Notes: a model not told the origin generated them from the letters alone. Positions 1-15,762 are shown, counted from the stretch's first letter. The stretch is 64,000 bases of DNA from Octopus vulgaris (GCA_951406725.2 OX597826.1:59024001-59088000), one strand, 5' to 3'. Numbers and translations: made by a program.

Positions 1-514
1 TCTGTCACTATTCCTTACACACACACACACACACACACACATACACACACACACACACACACGGACACACATACACACACTCTATCTCACCCTCCCACTC
101 TCTCTATATCGCTCTCTACTTCTATTTTTGTCTCTCTCCACTTCTCTTATTCTCGCTCTGATTTTACTTCTGTTACGTTCGCTCGCCCCCTTCTCTCTCT
201 TTCTTTTTATCGCTTCTGTTCACTTCTCTCAGTTTCTCTCCTTGTTACTCTGTTTCTTTCTCCGCTATCTTTTTCTCTGTTTCTTTCTGATTTGTCTTAC
301 TGTTTTATTTCATCTACGCCCTTATCTTAGAATCTTTGAATTTGTCGAAGAATTTGACTCCAGCACTTATGTTTTTTTAAAAGCCTGGTGGTTATTTATC
401 GGCCCACTATTACCGAACAGCAAGGTTACGGCGATGCAAACCAGTCAGCACCAATTGTCAACGCTGCTGGGGGCAACACACACACTCACTTCCCACATAC
501 AAAACACACACACA

Positions 515-555
<41 letters not shown>

Positions 556-584
556 GCACACATACAGACGCACCATTGCATATA

Positions 585-1436
585 CAGGGTGCGGTGAATG
601 AAATGTCATCTAAATTACGCAAAAATGAAAATATCACTGACGTCTCATTTTAACAGAAATATTTAACAAAATTACATAAAAAAATATCTTGAAATAGTAA
701 AGAGTGAATTTTATCAATAAAACCGCCATTGGCTTCAACGACGGTCTCCAGACGGATTCGGAATCTTACGCAATTCTTCTGGACGCTCTCCTTGTTTAAG
801 TTGGTGAATGCTGCCATAATCCTTTGCCTTTAGTTCATCTTTGGTATCACAAGGAGTTTTGTTGGTCTCTCGCTCAACAGCACCCATTACATTATAATCA
901 AGGGGGTTGAAGTATTGGGAGATAGGTGGCCAGATGAAAGGGTTGATGTCACCGAAATTGTCTGACAGCCACGACTGGGTTTTCATGCATGGGTGGCATG
1001 GTGCAGAGTCCTGTTGCTAGGCACAAGGTCTTCCAGAAGCCACCCTCTTGACCCAGAGCAGTACTATCTCCTCCAGGCACTTGATGTAGGCCTCATTGTT
1101 GAGTCTGGGCTGTGTGGGAAGATAAATGGAGGCATAACGTCGCCATCAATACTGATCAGTCAAAATGCTATGATTTTGACTGGATGTCTGATTTTTATCA
1201 CTGTCTGTACATGTCCTCAGATTGACACCCAAACACTCTGAAATGTGTTGGAGCATCCGGCGCGAATGCCAAACAGTACAGGGTATTATTTCCAAATTGC
1301 GTCATGTTGCTGTTTTTCTTACAGACGGTGCCCAACTAACCTTACTACACTTTGCAGTCGACAAAATCAAAAACAGGCAATGGGCATGCGCGAAATTGAA
1401 AATATAAAATGGCGACAATTTACCCAGCGCGCTCTG
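585..1436 (-). mobile_element. Degenerate, internally deleted Tc1/mariner DNA transposon
   Basis: Imperfect TIRs: TA|cagggtgcggtgaatgaaatgtcatc at 585 and ggcgacaatttacccagcgcgctctg ending at 1436. Minus-strand ORF 735-986 contains WPPISQYFNPLDYNVMG, a variant of the WPPxSPDLNPLD transposase motif. A related copy lies at 44150-44704. Confidence 0.8.
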
Positions 1437-1699
1437 TGCACATATGTATACAAAATGGGCATCAACACAATTTCTAATCACCAAATTCACTTAAGCCTTT
1501 GGTCTGGCTGTTGCTAAGTAGAAGACACTCGTCCAAATTACTGCGCAGTGGGACTGAAACCGAAAGTGTATGGTTTCTATAGTTTCTTAAGCACACTGCC
1601 TACATCTGTCAGTAAAATTCGTGCGGCATTTAAGTGCAACGGATAATACAATTAATAATGTGCCGGATCACACATGCAGTCTATCGTAATGTCCGCACT

Positions 1700-1747
<48 letters not shown>

Positions 1748-1749
1748 AC

Positions 1750-1850
1750 GTCTTTGCCAGTATATATATACAATGAAGCTTTACTATAGCATCGTAAATT
1801 CATCGACTGCTATTTCCAGTAACCATTGGTGCCTTGTTGTACCATTAATC
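1750..1850 (+). repeat. Fragment of the PLE pseudo-LTR-like repeat family
   Basis: Similar to 3383-3482 and to the right arm of the 8775-9391 fold-back (tctttgccag...ccttgttgtacca); preceded by (TA)n. Confidence 0.65.
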
Positions 1851-2578
1851 CCTCTCTCTTGCATTTTGAGTTGGATTCATGCAGTTGCTGTAAAATTCTT
1901 CTGCGCTCCTTTCCTGCCAATCTAGGACGGTTGCTTGCTGTCAATTCAGAAATTTTGGTCTGGATGTCTTAGAGTTCTCAACGAGGGAGCAGCTTCATGC
2001 TAGACATTGCTTCTACAGCCCGAGGCATCAGACGAATGAGAAAACGAACAGAATGAACTGTATAATATTGTTTCTTTATGAAATGAAATGCATAATATAT
2101 AATAATAAACGAGTGAAGAACGAAATTATAGTACATGTGTTTATTTGGCAAACGAATAAAAGAAGTCCATCCTGAAATATAACGGCAAAGCATTTCATTT
2201 TGCAACCATTATTATACTACCAAATATATTATATGTTTACAAATTGTCTTCTTGTGTCTTCTTAGCTCGTGTTTGCTGGTCTACGTTCTAACTTTTTAAG
2301 TTTATTCCTATAGATTTTCGATAGAATTCAGAGTCAACATTGAAGTTACAACGTTTCGTATACGAATACGCCTGTGTAAACAGTGCGAAGATAGAAAAAA
2401 ATAGGTAATGTGTGTATATGCATATTTCAAGGGTTAATGCTCTTTCATGATCACCTCATCAAATCACACTCTCACATATCTATGCGTGTATGTATGTATG
2501 TATGTATGTATGTATGTATGTATGTATGTATGTATGTATGTATGTATGTATGTATCTCTGTCTGCTCCTCTCCTCCCC

Positions 2579-2627
<49 letters not shown>

Positions 2628-2859
2628 TATTCTACAACTCTCTCTCTTCTCTTCCCCCTCTTTAATTCTTTTGTTCATCTTTTATTCTCGTCACAGATAG
2701 GCCAGACTGCTAGCTCTCTTTTTGAGTCTGACCGTGGTCAGTGCAACATCGATATTCTTCCCTGTGTTTGTGAAATTGCTGTATCTCTGCCGTAAGGCTT
2801 CATTTCCACACACGCCAGCTGAATTCAATTCGTTCCCAGTCGAAAGACACCTGTTGTTA

Positions 2860-3190
2860 TGTCCTGATATTATTATTTTCATTGTATTTTGTATTTATAT
2901 TTGTGTATCATTGTTTGTTTTTCGGCCTTGTTTTTGTATACATTCGATGCTTTCTTCCAAGGAATCTAATGCTCTTAGGTTAGCTTTTCCTTGGGGCTGG
3001 CCAGATTGGGGCTAACTCAAGACTAATCAGCCGAAATTGCGGGGATGATCCGGTACTTGACTGAGTATAGAAAGCTTCGAATGACCCCTCCTTGTTTTTT
3101 TGTATCGTCTATCTGGATGTTTTGTTGTCCCTTTTTGTATCACCGAATTGTCCGGATGTTTTGCGTTCTTGTCCCATTTTGTATTTTATA
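2860..3190 (+). mobile_element. Interspersed repeat ending in (TA)n (family X)
   Basis: Homologous copies at 4445-4650, 25355-25535 and 54950-55258 share cttcgaatgacc...tatcgtcta; the longer copies also share ttccttggggctggcc. Each runs into a (TA)n-rich tract. Confidence 0.7.
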
Positions 3191-3242
3191 CATATATATA
3201 TATATATATATGTTTGTGTGTGTGTGTGTGTGTGTGTGCGTG

Positions 3243-3273
<31 letters not shown>

Positions 3274-3280
3274 GTGTCTG

Positions 3281-3330
<50 letters not shown>

Positions 3331-3382
3331 TATACACACACACAGACACACACACACATACACACACACACATATATCTCAC

Positions 3383-3482
3383 ATATCTTTGCCAGTATAT
3401 ATATACAGTGAAGCTTTACTATAGTATCGTAAATTTATCGACTATTTCCAGTAACCATTGGTGCCTTGTTGTACCATTAATC
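3383..3482 (+). repeat. Fragment of the PLE pseudo-LTR-like repeat family
   Basis: Near copy of 1750-1850. Confidence 0.65.
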
Positions 3483-3487
3483 CCCCC

Positions 3488-3552
<65 letters not shown>

Positions 3553-4414
3553 CGTGTGTGTGTGTGTGTATCTATTTCTATATTCATACACACACATACA
3601 TGAACGCATGCATATCGTAAGATACACATAATGATCATTTATTTTCAAACGCATAGACACCGTTTGAACAGCAGGAACATTGGGTAAATTACACTTACAA
3701 AGAGGACAAATGTGTAAGTTAACAACCATGGGACTGGAACCCATATCTCTTGAAGACGCCGGCCATTTACCATTAAGATAAACTGCCCGCTAAGCTGCAA
3801 GTGGGAAATCGTAGAAAAATCCATGCCATGCGTTACAATTCGTTGCCGAAAGATCACATAACCTCTTTAGACGCAACAACTTTACCGCACTGCTGAACTT
3901 CAAATATGAAATTTTGCATTCTATAAATGCAAAAATGTGGACAAGCTTCTTTTAACGAATTGAAGAACACCACCTTCACTGGACTGTACAGCTGCAATGC
4001 AGACCTCCGTTGATTGAACATCAGTTATCTGTATTGCATTACGTTCAAAGGTGACAGAACTGTATAGTACTTTTTCTCTTTTCTTTACCCCTTTCGTTCA
4101 TCCTTCCACATTTTGCATGCACCTTCCTCTCCTTATTGATCGTTATTTCTCTTGTTCAATTCTCCTGATCTGTAACATGTATAGGCCATGTGCTGAGAGC
4201 TTAAAGATTACAAAGAGAGATTAGGTTTGTTTTAAAATCTGCCTAGATACCATCTCCAGTGTGTGAAATTATTAGTAACTCATAACTATATACTCTTTAT
4301 ATTAAACAATATATTTCACGATATGGAGTGCTATTTTTTTGCTGATCTTCCCTTAACAGAAAAGGGAATTATATACATACGTAAACATACAATATGTATA
4401 ATTATATATATATA

Positions 4415-4444
<30 letters not shown>

Positions 4445-4445
<1 letters not shown>

Positions 4446-4650
4446 TCCTGTCTTCTACCAAGAAATCTAATGGTTACAGCTTAGTTTTTTTTTTTCTTGG
4501 GGCTGGCCGAGTTGGAGCAAATATCAGAATTGAACAGCCGAAATTTGCTATGATGATTCGGTGTCTGACTGAAGATTGAAGGCTTCGAATGATTTGTCTG
4601 TGTTCCGTGTTCGTCCCTTCCTGTATTTCACGTTCATTATATATAAAAAC
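4445..4650 (+). mobile_element. Family X repeat copy
   Basis: Aligns by eye with 2950-3190; flanked by (TA)n. Confidence 0.6.
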
Positions 4651-4683
4651 ATTCATTCTTATATATATATGTATGTATGCATG

Positions 4684-4812
<129 letters not shown>

Positions 4813-4852
4813 TTGTGTGTGTAAGTTTTGGATTTTGTTCCCTCAAATATTA

Positions 4853-4896
<44 letters not shown>

Positions 4897-5164
4897 TCAA
4901 GGACTGTTGTAAAATTATGGAGAATACGTATCAGCTATTATATGGCTTCTAAAATAGTCGCAAGAATCATATTTTGGGGGCAGGGGATTGCTTCATTATA
5001 TTGATCTCCGCATTTGCCAGCATTATATTACCAAATATATGTTAACTCGGCATCGAGTTTCTTAGCCACATTCAACATTCATGTCTGTCTTTAGAAACAC
5101 TGTGTGTGTGTGCACGCGCGTGTGTGCTTGTGTGTGTGAATGTGTAATTTACACACACATATAT

Positions 5165-6360
<1,196 letters not shown>

Positions 6361-7174
6361 CCCACTCACAGACAGTTACATACATGTACATATATGCATA
6401 TACAAATGTCATACAGCCTTGTTTGATATGTTCAATATTAACACATACTAAAGTAAGAAACTCCCTACGTGCGACATAAAAATACATTGGAAGGTTTTTA
6501 GTATTTCTCACCGCTACACATTCGTGTAACTTTCCCATTTACTGCAGAAACGAATAGATTCGTCGAAGACATGAAAAGACGCATATTAAAAGACAGACAT
6601 GTCCTAGCGCAGCCCACACAAACACATACGCAGTCATCTCAATAAAGACTCACTGACACACACACAGACACATACACACACACTCACATACACATATGTC
6701 AATAAGCAATGATGGGTGCACATAACTGTCACATACACACAGATGTATAACACATTTATGCTGTTTTTGACAGACACCTCAAGACTTTGTATGCATATAT
6801 CGCAAAGGCATGGTTGTATGGTTAGTTATCTCGTATTTTAACCGTGGAATACAGAGTTCGAATCCTGGACTTGACTTATGTTGACTTTAGGTGCATTTGA
6901 TGAAAAATTCTTGAAGATCTTGATTAAATATGTTTCTTGGTGTTCAAACAGAGCAAAATGCCTTGAGAAAAGTTCATGGCCCATATATGTTATAATTATA
7001 GAAATATTACGTTTTTTTTTACCCATTTACATTGCTTGACTTTTCTAAATGTAATTTGCTTCAGGAAAAACGAAGTAAGCCAGAATAACAATCAATTTTA
7101 GGAACGGAAACTTGAACGTGTGTTTGTGTGTGTGTAGATATATATGCATATATACATGTATATATATGTATATA

Positions 7175-7235
<61 letters not shown>

Positions 7236-7284
7236 ATGTATGTATGTATATACATATATATATATATATATGTATGTATGTATG

Positions 7285-7348
<64 letters not shown>

Positions 7349-8005
7349 TATATGTATGCACGTGCGTATATACGTATGTATGTATATACATTAACAATAT
7401 TATGCTTATGAGTTTGCGTAGACACACACACACAAACACACACACTCACACACACAATGAAGGCTGGAAATTATTGCAAAATATGGATTTCTCTATCTGT
7501 CTCGGTCACTTCCAGGACGATTTCGTTTCGGCTAGCTGTGAGATATTCTTTGCATTTTAACCTGATGCATCCTTGAAGAAGACTCCTTTAGACGGAATGA
7601 CGAAGCTTTGAACCGTTTACTAACTCATACGTATTAAGTACACTCTATTGATTATGGTTGGGCCTTGTGCCTCGAGTAGAAAAGGATGTTGATTATGGTT
7701 ACATTATTAGATTTCTTCAAACAAATGTGTGCATTTTGTGTGTGTATGTTGTGTGTGTGTGTGCGTGCGCTTGCGATTTGTGTCTCTGTGTGTAGATACG
7801 TTTATTATAGAAACTGTGTCGTCTTGAACCACATCTGCTTTTTCCAGTAACCCCAATGTTGTACGGAGATGCTAAATTTGCGAGAGGCATGCGTAAAATT
7901 TGAAAAATAAGGGAAGATATTTTTTGGCAAGGTAATTATATAGCAAAACAGGAGATTAGGAAAAAAGCCAATAAACAATATTTCTTTCCAATTTCCTGTT
8001 TTGAT

Positions 8006-8080
<75 letters not shown>

Positions 8081-8081
8081 G

Positions 8082-8137
<56 letters not shown>

Positions 8138-8165
8138 CATAAATATATATACATATATTTATATG

Positions 8166-8204
<39 letters not shown>

Positions 8205-8529
8205 AAAACAAATGATAGAGATGGAAAATGGAATACACGGGAAAATTTATTGCTCACAACGTTCGTTTCATCACATTGTTCATCGATTCCTTGCCGGTGG
8301 GAAACTATGCAACTACTTGTGGTGCATTCCTCTGTGGAGGATGTGTCGAAACGATCGTTGTGAGCAATAAAGTTTCACGTATATTCCATTTTCTGTCTCC
8401 ATCATTTGTATTATACTCAACGTACTCTGAGAAATTCAGCGACAATTGCTGTAATCACTACCGTGAATGACGCTAGGTAGCCATAAAAAGTGGACATGCT
8501 TTATCGGCAAATATTAACTCATATATATT

Positions 8530-8755
8530 GTGAGAAGCTTGGTTGCCAACCACATGGTTCCGGGTTCAGTCCAATTGCGTGACATCCTAGACAATGTTAG
8601 TGTTTACGTCCCTGAAACTTAGCGGCTCGGTAAAGGATATCGATAGAATAAGTGCAGGAGTCGATATTGTCGACTAAAACCCTTTTAGGCGGTGTTCCAC
8701 CATGGCCGCAGTCAAATGGCTGACACAAGTAAAAGAAAGTAAAAGAATAAAAGAA
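8530..8755 (+). mobile_element. Internally deleted copy of SINE family C
   Basis: ccaaccacatggttccgggttcagtcc head and catggccgcagtcaaatg...aagtaaaaga tail match the reverse complement of 9652-10073. Confidence 0.7.
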
Positions 8756-8774
8756 TATGTGTGTGTGTGTGTGT

Positions 8775-9480
8775 ATAAGAAATAACGGTACAACAAGGTA
8801 CCATTGTTTGCTGGAAATAGCTGTCGGTAACGATACGACGCTATAAAAAGCTTCACAGAAATGTATACTGGTAAAGATATATACGGGCAGAGAACTTAAT
8901 TTTCGTCTTACCTCTAGGAAGATCATCGGAAAAATGGACAACCTAGAATGGATAATCTAGGACAACCTAGAATGGGTAATCTAGAATGGATAATCTAGGA
9001 CCCAAGTTTCGGACTTTCCAAAATACGTTTGTTATTGTAAATTTGGTTAGTCTTCATCAGCTAGATTCACCTGAGACGAAATTTTAAAATATACTAGCAA
9101 GACATAGCGATACTTTAACATTTCGTATCTGGTGACTATTTTATGAGAACTAATCAAATTTACGATAACAAACGTATTTCGGGAAGTCTGAAACTTAGGT
9201 CCTAGTTTATCCATTCTAATTTGTCCATTTTTCCGATGTTTTTCCTAAGGTAAAAGAAAAATTTTTTTTAATTCTCTGCCCGAATACATCTTTGCCACTA
9301 TACATTTCTGTGAAATTTTACATAGCGTCGTATCTTTATAGACTGCTATTACCAGCAAACATTGGCGCCTTGTTGTACCACTATTTCTTATTTATTATAC
9401 TACCTAATACGGTGCTTTATTTGGCTGGAAAGTGATACTATTGTATTTCAATAATATTTAAAACTAATATATTTATATAT
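8775..9480. mobile_element. Fold-back element: inverted pair of PLE-type pseudo-LTRs
   Basis: Imperfect inverted repeat, 8775-~9090 versus ~9110-9391, with an unpaired tail to a TA-rich end; contains a hammerhead motif. Confidence 0.75.
8992..9067 (-). ncRNA. Type I hammerhead ribozyme with intact core
   Basis: Minus strand reads aatctag CTGATGA agact...agtcc GAAA c ttgg g TC ctagatt: 7-bp stem I, long stem II (A-C mismatch at its base), minimal stem III and a GUC cleavage triplet. Confidence 0.8.
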
Positions 9481-9594
9481 ATAAGTAAAAGTACGTACGC
9501 CGCTATATGTATGTATGATTATAAAAAATGGAACAAGATCGCAATAGAGGACAATAAAAAACCCGGACAGATAGACGACATAAAGGCTGATAGG

Positions 9595-9651
<57 letters not shown>

Positions 9652-9653
<2 letters not shown>

Positions 9654-10073
9654 TCTTTTACTCTTTTACTTGTTTCAGTCATTTGACTGCGGCCATGCTG
9701 GAGCACCGCCTTTAGTCGAGCAAATCGACCCAAGGACCTATTCTTTGTAAGCCTTGTAATTAATCTATCGGTTTCTCTTTTGCAGAACCGCTAAGTACAT
9801 CAGCATCGGTTGTCAAGCGATGTTGGGGGGGGGGGGACAAACACAGACACACAAACATATAGACACACATACATATATATATATACACATATATATATAT
9901 ATATATTTATATACATATATACGACGGGCTTCTTTCAGTTTCCGTCTACCAAATCCAATCACAAGGCTTTGGTCGGCCCGAGGCTATAGTAGAAGACACT
10001 TGCCAAATAAGGTGCCACGCAGTGGTACTGAACCCGGAACTATGTGGTTCGTAAGCAAGCTACTTACCACACA
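9652..10073 (-). mobile_element. tRNA-derived SINE, family C (internal microsatellite)
   Basis: Minus strand has a tRNA-like head (tggtaagtagcttgctt...ggttcagt) and a (AAAAGAGT)-like tail; many copies in the window. Confidence 0.8.
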
Positions 10074-10074
10074 C

Positions 10075-10310
10075 AACTTATAAACAAGGGCAAAAGAAAG
10101 AAATGTCAATGCCAAATATGCCGAAATAGACTTAATCGTCAATAACTATGTAATTTATCACTATAAAATTTATTAAGGATTAAGTCTATTTCGGCATATT
10201 TGGCATTGAATTTTTTTCTTTTGCCCTTGATTATAAATTTAACCTTAAAGGTATTTTTTTAATATGCTGGCCATTGATGAAATTTTATCGAAAATTTTAT
10301 CCTATATTAG
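10075..10310. repeat. Fold-back element with a tail ending at (TA)n
   Basis: caatgccaaatatgccgaaatagacttaatc is the reverse complement of gattaagtctatttcggcatatttggcattg; arms of about 70 bp. Confidence 0.8.
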
Positions 10311-10341
<31 letters not shown>

Positions 10342-10472
10342 TGTGTATATATATATATGTATATATATTTATTAATATATATATATGAAAGTATATATAT
10401 ATATATATGAATGTATATATATATATATATAGAGAGAGAGAGATAGGTACACACATACATACATACATACAC

Positions 10473-10547
<75 letters not shown>

Positions 10548-10979
10548 TGTATGTATGTATGTATGTATATAACTGGAATCTCTTCTCCCTACGACTGATG
10601 AAGATGCAGCAAGATAAGGTGAACTCGTTCATCGCTCTACCTGCAGCTGAAGACATCCAGTAACATCCTTTACCGATCGCCACTGCACTTATGAAGAAAG
10701 TATGATAATATTTTCGCTCTAATGGGTTGGTTTGCTGTATAACCTGCAGGATATATATTTTTGTAGTGGGTATGTGCACACCCAGTCGCAATCACTCGTT
10801 CTCAAGTGTGTATTACACTGATACAACAAATGCCAGGAAACCAGTAGCTATAAAGACTCAAGTTTTGTATGGAGTTACCTTCTCTTAGATCTGCAGCTAA
10901 AGAGCAGAAAGGCCTGGTCTACTCTGGGTCCGTTCGGGTGCCTGTAAGTGAACTTCCGGAAGCAACATATTGACATGCT

Positions 10980-11200
10980 AAGGGTGACGAACTGGCTGAA
11001 TGGTTAGAATGCCGAGCAAAATGCTTAGCGGCATTTCGTCCGTCTTTACGTTTTGAGTTCAAATACTACCGAGGTCGACTTTGCCTTTTACTCTTTTGGG
11101 GTCGATAAAATGAGTACCAATTGAACTCTGAGGTAAATGTAATCGACTCACTCCCTTCCCCAAACTTGCTGATCTTGGGCCAAAATTTGACATGCTGCTT
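10980..11200 (+). mobile_element. SINE family B (Nin/Deu-like domain), diverged
   Basis: ccgaggtcgactttgccttt...ggggtcgataaaatgagtacca matches the element at 15763. Confidence 0.7.
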
Positions 11201-12046
11201 AAACAATAACCAGAACCCTAGCAAGTGCTTTTGCTCCGTGTCAGAGAAGACCAGGAAACAACAGCGGCTGGGAGGCGGTTCTACTCTCCTGAATACTCTG
11301 GTGCTCTCGAACCATGGCCCTACAACCAAAGGTAGAAGATATCTATTCTACGGAAGTCATTATATACACACAAATTGTATTCTACACAAATCACCATATG
11401 TCTTTGCCACCAAAAAGAAAGAGCAAGACATTCGACAAATAGAGTACGTTAAAATGTGTACCATACAAATTTGCAGCGTTCTATATAGTTTAAGTTAAAA
11501 AGAAATTGATTTCGATTCATTACTCTTTGAGAATATATAATTGACCGCAGCTTTGTATCTCAAAATTCCTAGACAGAGACTTTGATTGTGTTGGTATAAT
11601 GTGAGAATTTTGCTAAATGTTACGTAAGAATTTGGTAAAAATGATGAACTTGCCACGGAGAGGAGAGAGAATAAGTAACAAAAGGAGATTGCTCAGAATC
11701 TTCGCTCGTTATGAATGGGACTGAAGTTATAAATAAATGGCTCTAGATATAAAAGCCTACACATACATTTATAAGCACATATACATACACACATACACAT
11801 ATATATTACTACATATTATGTTCATGTCTGAATATAAGGATTTCACAATTTACTCTCTTGGACACGTATTTGAGACACGAGGAGGTTTAACTTCACCTAA
11901 GGACGGCTTAGGTACGGATAATCTCTTTTTGGGAAGCGGGCGGATTGAAACATGGATGATCATCGAACTTCACTAATAAAAAAAAAGATAATAAACGTTA
12001 TTTCCTCCATGAAATTAGATGTGCCATTCAGTATATATCCCATGAA

Positions 12047-12436
12047 GTGGAGGCGCAATGGCCCAGTGGTTAGGGCAGCGGACTCGCGGTCATAGGATCG
12101 TGGTTTTGATTCCCAGACCGGGCGTTGTGAGTGTTTATTGAGCGAAAACACCTAAAAGCTCCACGAGGCTCCGGCAGGGGATGGTGGTGATCCCTGCTGT
12201 ACTCTTTCACCACAACTTTCTCTCACTCTTACTTCCTGTTTCTGTTGTACCTGCATTTCAAGGGGCCGGCCTTGTCGCTCTCTGTGTCACGCTGAATATC
12301 CCCGAGAACTACGTTAAGGGTACACGTGTCTGTGGAGTGTTCAGCCACTTGCACGTTAATTTCACGAGCGGGCTGTTCCGTTGATTCGGATCAACCGGAA
12401 CCCTCATCGTCGTAACCGACGGAGTGCTTCCATTCC
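12047..12436 (+). mobile_element. tRNA-derived SINE, family A, full length
   Basis: A box tggcccagtgg, degenerate B box ggttttgattccc, TSD atatcccatg (12035-12044 and 12437-12446); near-identical to 47186-47555. Confidence 0.9.
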
Positions 12437-13699
12437 ATATCCCATGGGCCGTAATTGCCTGTGACTGATTAGAAACTGATAATTTATAAATTTTTGTTGG
12501 TAGTTTGTGTAGTAGCGCCAAACTCCTTATACTTAATTATTTCTTTGAGAGCCTAACACTAAAACACAAACATTAAATGCTACATTACACGAATTGAGTA
12601 ATACATAGCGTGGCTACTGAAACGTCTACGATAAGAAGTTAAATATTGTCTCTTGATATACAACCCGAATATAATGTTAAATTCATTTGTGCGGTCTAAA
12701 GATGGAAATGTCACTCTATTGATTTAAACTTGACTTGCTATTTGAGCGAACGGCAAAAGGTTAAAGTAGAAATTATTCACAATAAAATGTTTCTTACCCG
12801 TTCAAAAATTACGATTTGATTTAATGGAGAAGGTTAGCATTACAAGTGTTTACAGCATATTAGTAACAACTGTCGGATTCATTCAAACGATCTCATTTAT
12901 GAGAGAAGTAACAATTAAGCTGAATTAATATTGTATGATGAGTTAAATACAACAAAACAGAGAAATACAATGACCAGTCAGTTAATTAAAATTCTGCTCC
13001 AATTAACGTTGTCATTTAATTTGATTATTGCCATAATGTTTAATTCAAATATATGGGGTCTGAGATGTAAGTATTCCAAATATTGGATCAATATTAAAAC
13101 TCATCTGTTGTTGAACGCAATATAGTACTAAAGATATAAAACATAAAATTAGGGTCAATGGATAATTGAGGGCCATAAACTCCCACCACCGCTACGTTAT
13201 ATATATATATGTTACTCATACATCTATGTTAATCTGGCATTCTCCATACAATCATTTTCTCTACTTCTCTTTATCATCCTGTCGCGTTTTTGGCGAGTAC
13301 TTCACCGTCCAAAGTTTCGTGCAGAAAGGAGAACAAAAGATGAGATGGTCACGGTTAATCCGTGTTTGAGAAAATTCCCTTTGAACAGGATTGACCACCA
13401 GAGTCTACTCAATAGTGACACGCTCCACCAATGTCACCACAGTTTTCTATTTCCTATGTTATATACTTTCTTATTTCAAATCAAATCACTGAGTTACTCA
13501 ACTACAAGCCATTCACCTCACTGACTTCCTTTCATTTCCAATTCCTCTTCTCCCTCTCTTTCTCCTCTCTCTCTCTCTCCTCTCTCTATCTATCACTTGC
13601 CTCTCCTATTCTTCAGTTTCACCTCTTCTCCTTTCCCTATCTTTTATTGTATATGAATATTTAAAAGGCTATCACTGCTCGCTTATGGGCACCACTCAT

Positions 13700-15065
13700 C
13701 TTTTATTGAATCATAATCTTCCTGAGATATAGTAAAATGGCCATGTTGGCGAAGCTCTTTCTGTCCCCCTATTCCTTCAGCTCCAGCCTGCTCTGAGGTT
13801 CGGTTTGCCCTTCCTACGTCTGTATATCAACAACATACTTGCCATAGCGTTCAACAACGCACGCTCTCACACAGATTTCACTATTCTTCATTCTATTTTC
13901 GCCTTTGCCGATCATGCATCAACCGCACGCAATAAAACAGCCAAAAAACAAACTCATATTGGTACCATGAATAGAAATCTTGAGTCTATCCTCCAACAAA
14001 GATATCTCAATCTTGTCCATTTTAACAATAGAAAAACACACTTTCCGTAAGCTCTACTTACATCAAGAAGCCATCATCTATTCACCATAATCATGAGCAA
14101 TTCCAGGAGTTCTCGAAATTATTCTACGTTTGGGGATTTAATTATCAGAAAGGCTCTCTCGTGGCCGAATCACTATCTTGATATAATTAAGACCGCATTT
14201 CAGTGACTGACCCTTCTCTTCAATTCCAGATTTTCTAGCTTCCAATAATTATTGGTATTCATCGAAACTCACAAAAGAATATTGCTCTTGTGTCAGGGAT
14301 AGTCTTACAGCTGAATGCAGAGAAATATCATACACAATCCAAAAACGACCCATTTAACTACCTGAAATAAATCACTTTCAGACGCTCTCCAGCCCCTGTT
14401 TCCAAAGTATGCTGTCACGATTCCAGGTAAAATAAGTTGCAGGTAAAAAAGTGAGAGGAAAAAATGTCACCGCAAAAAAAGTCGCATGTAATGCCATCAT
14501 ATATAAACAGTTATCAATATGTACAAGTCATGTATTTCCAGTTAATAAATGATTTAAACTATTTTCTGCTTTATTAATTTGTTTATGTTGTTTTAATAAA
14601 TTGTGACTGAATTGAATATTTTTGTTTGATAACCTGACTTTCTTTCCTAGACGAAATTGTGACTTTTTTCTTTGACTTTTTTTTTGCTTTATTACCGACC
14701 ACGGCTGTCACATCTCTTTGCATTTTCTACGGCAATAATAATGTTGTGTGCACTTCGGGACTGATTAGTGTGATGTCACTTCCCCTCATGTATTCCCTAT
14801 AAAGCCACGTTGTGTCACAACCCGAAGGTACATGACTAATCACTCTTCCCAGTCATCCTTATCCAAAGTATCGTCCTTCCTTTGAAATTCTCTCGCAGCT
14901 CATCTCTTTCCCGCCGGTATTGAATTCAAAGTTTCAAAAGGAACATTAATTGCATCATTCTTCGGGACCAAGACGACAGGCGAAAAGATTGGGCACAGCC
15001 CCTTTTTCGGATGCAGGTGGTAAAATAAAGTCTAAATTTCCCCTAATCCCAGCAAGTCGGATCTT
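13700..15065 (+). pseudogene. Heavily decayed CR1/Jockey-group LINE reverse transcriptase remnant
   Basis: ORF 13805-14050 (PFLRLYINNI...NLESILQ..NLVHFNNRKTH) resembles the RT segment PxLFxxYINDL...DLxxIxxW..NLVxFNxxKT; boundaries approximate. Confidence 0.5.
14419..14703. mobile_element. MITE-like insertion within the LINE remnant
   Basis: Inverted subterminal aaaaagtcac/gtgacttttt motifs; flanked by the 8-bp direct repeat gctgtcac (14411 and 14704). Confidence 0.45.
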
Positions 15066-15110
15066 CCACATTCACGCCCCGCCATTAAGTACACGACACA
15101 CAGAGAAACA

Positions 15111-15159
<49 letters not shown>

Positions 15160-15386
15160 ACCCACACACACACACACACACACATTCTGTTTCTCTCACA
15201 TATACACATACACTCTATCTCTCTCACATACACACACATACACAAACACTCACGCATACTCTCTCTTTCAGACACACACACTCCCACCCACTCTCACTCT
15301 CTCTTTCTCTCTCACACACACATACACAAGTGAATGAGGCTGTTCATCGTCATAAAACTTACACATCTTTTTCAAATTATTTTCAG

Positions 15387-15657
15387 TAGCAATGGTTTTC
15401 AACCACTTTTTATATTAAACCCCTTCAATCCCAATTTTAGTCGGACGGATACACATAGCCATTCGATGTTTTACAAAAGTCCTTTTATCTTTTTATAATA
15501 AAATTGTTAAAATAGTTTTGTATCGTGGAAGTATAACCAATTTGTTGTACATAACTTTTAGCAACGAAATGTTACAGGGACCCAAAATGTCATATGAACC
15601 TCAATGAGTCATATATACCACAAACGGTCGTATGGACCCTATTGAGAGTCACTATTC
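15387..15657. mobile_element. hAT-like MITE remnant
   Basis: Ends caatggttttcaacc and attgagagtcacta resemble cagtggttctcaa-type TIRs; internal repeated atggaccc motifs. Confidence 0.45.
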
Positions 15658-15762
15658 TATAATCTTAAATACGGAAGGATAGATTAGATAAAGCTGTCCC
15701 AAATACATTATGTTTCAAATAGGGAAATGGAGGTTATGTGATCATAGGTATTATCTGTTAGC

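Noticed and set aside
12047-12125. tRNA genes at SINE heads
   Set aside because: They continue into SINE bodies bounded by TSDs and no complete cloverleaf is evident.
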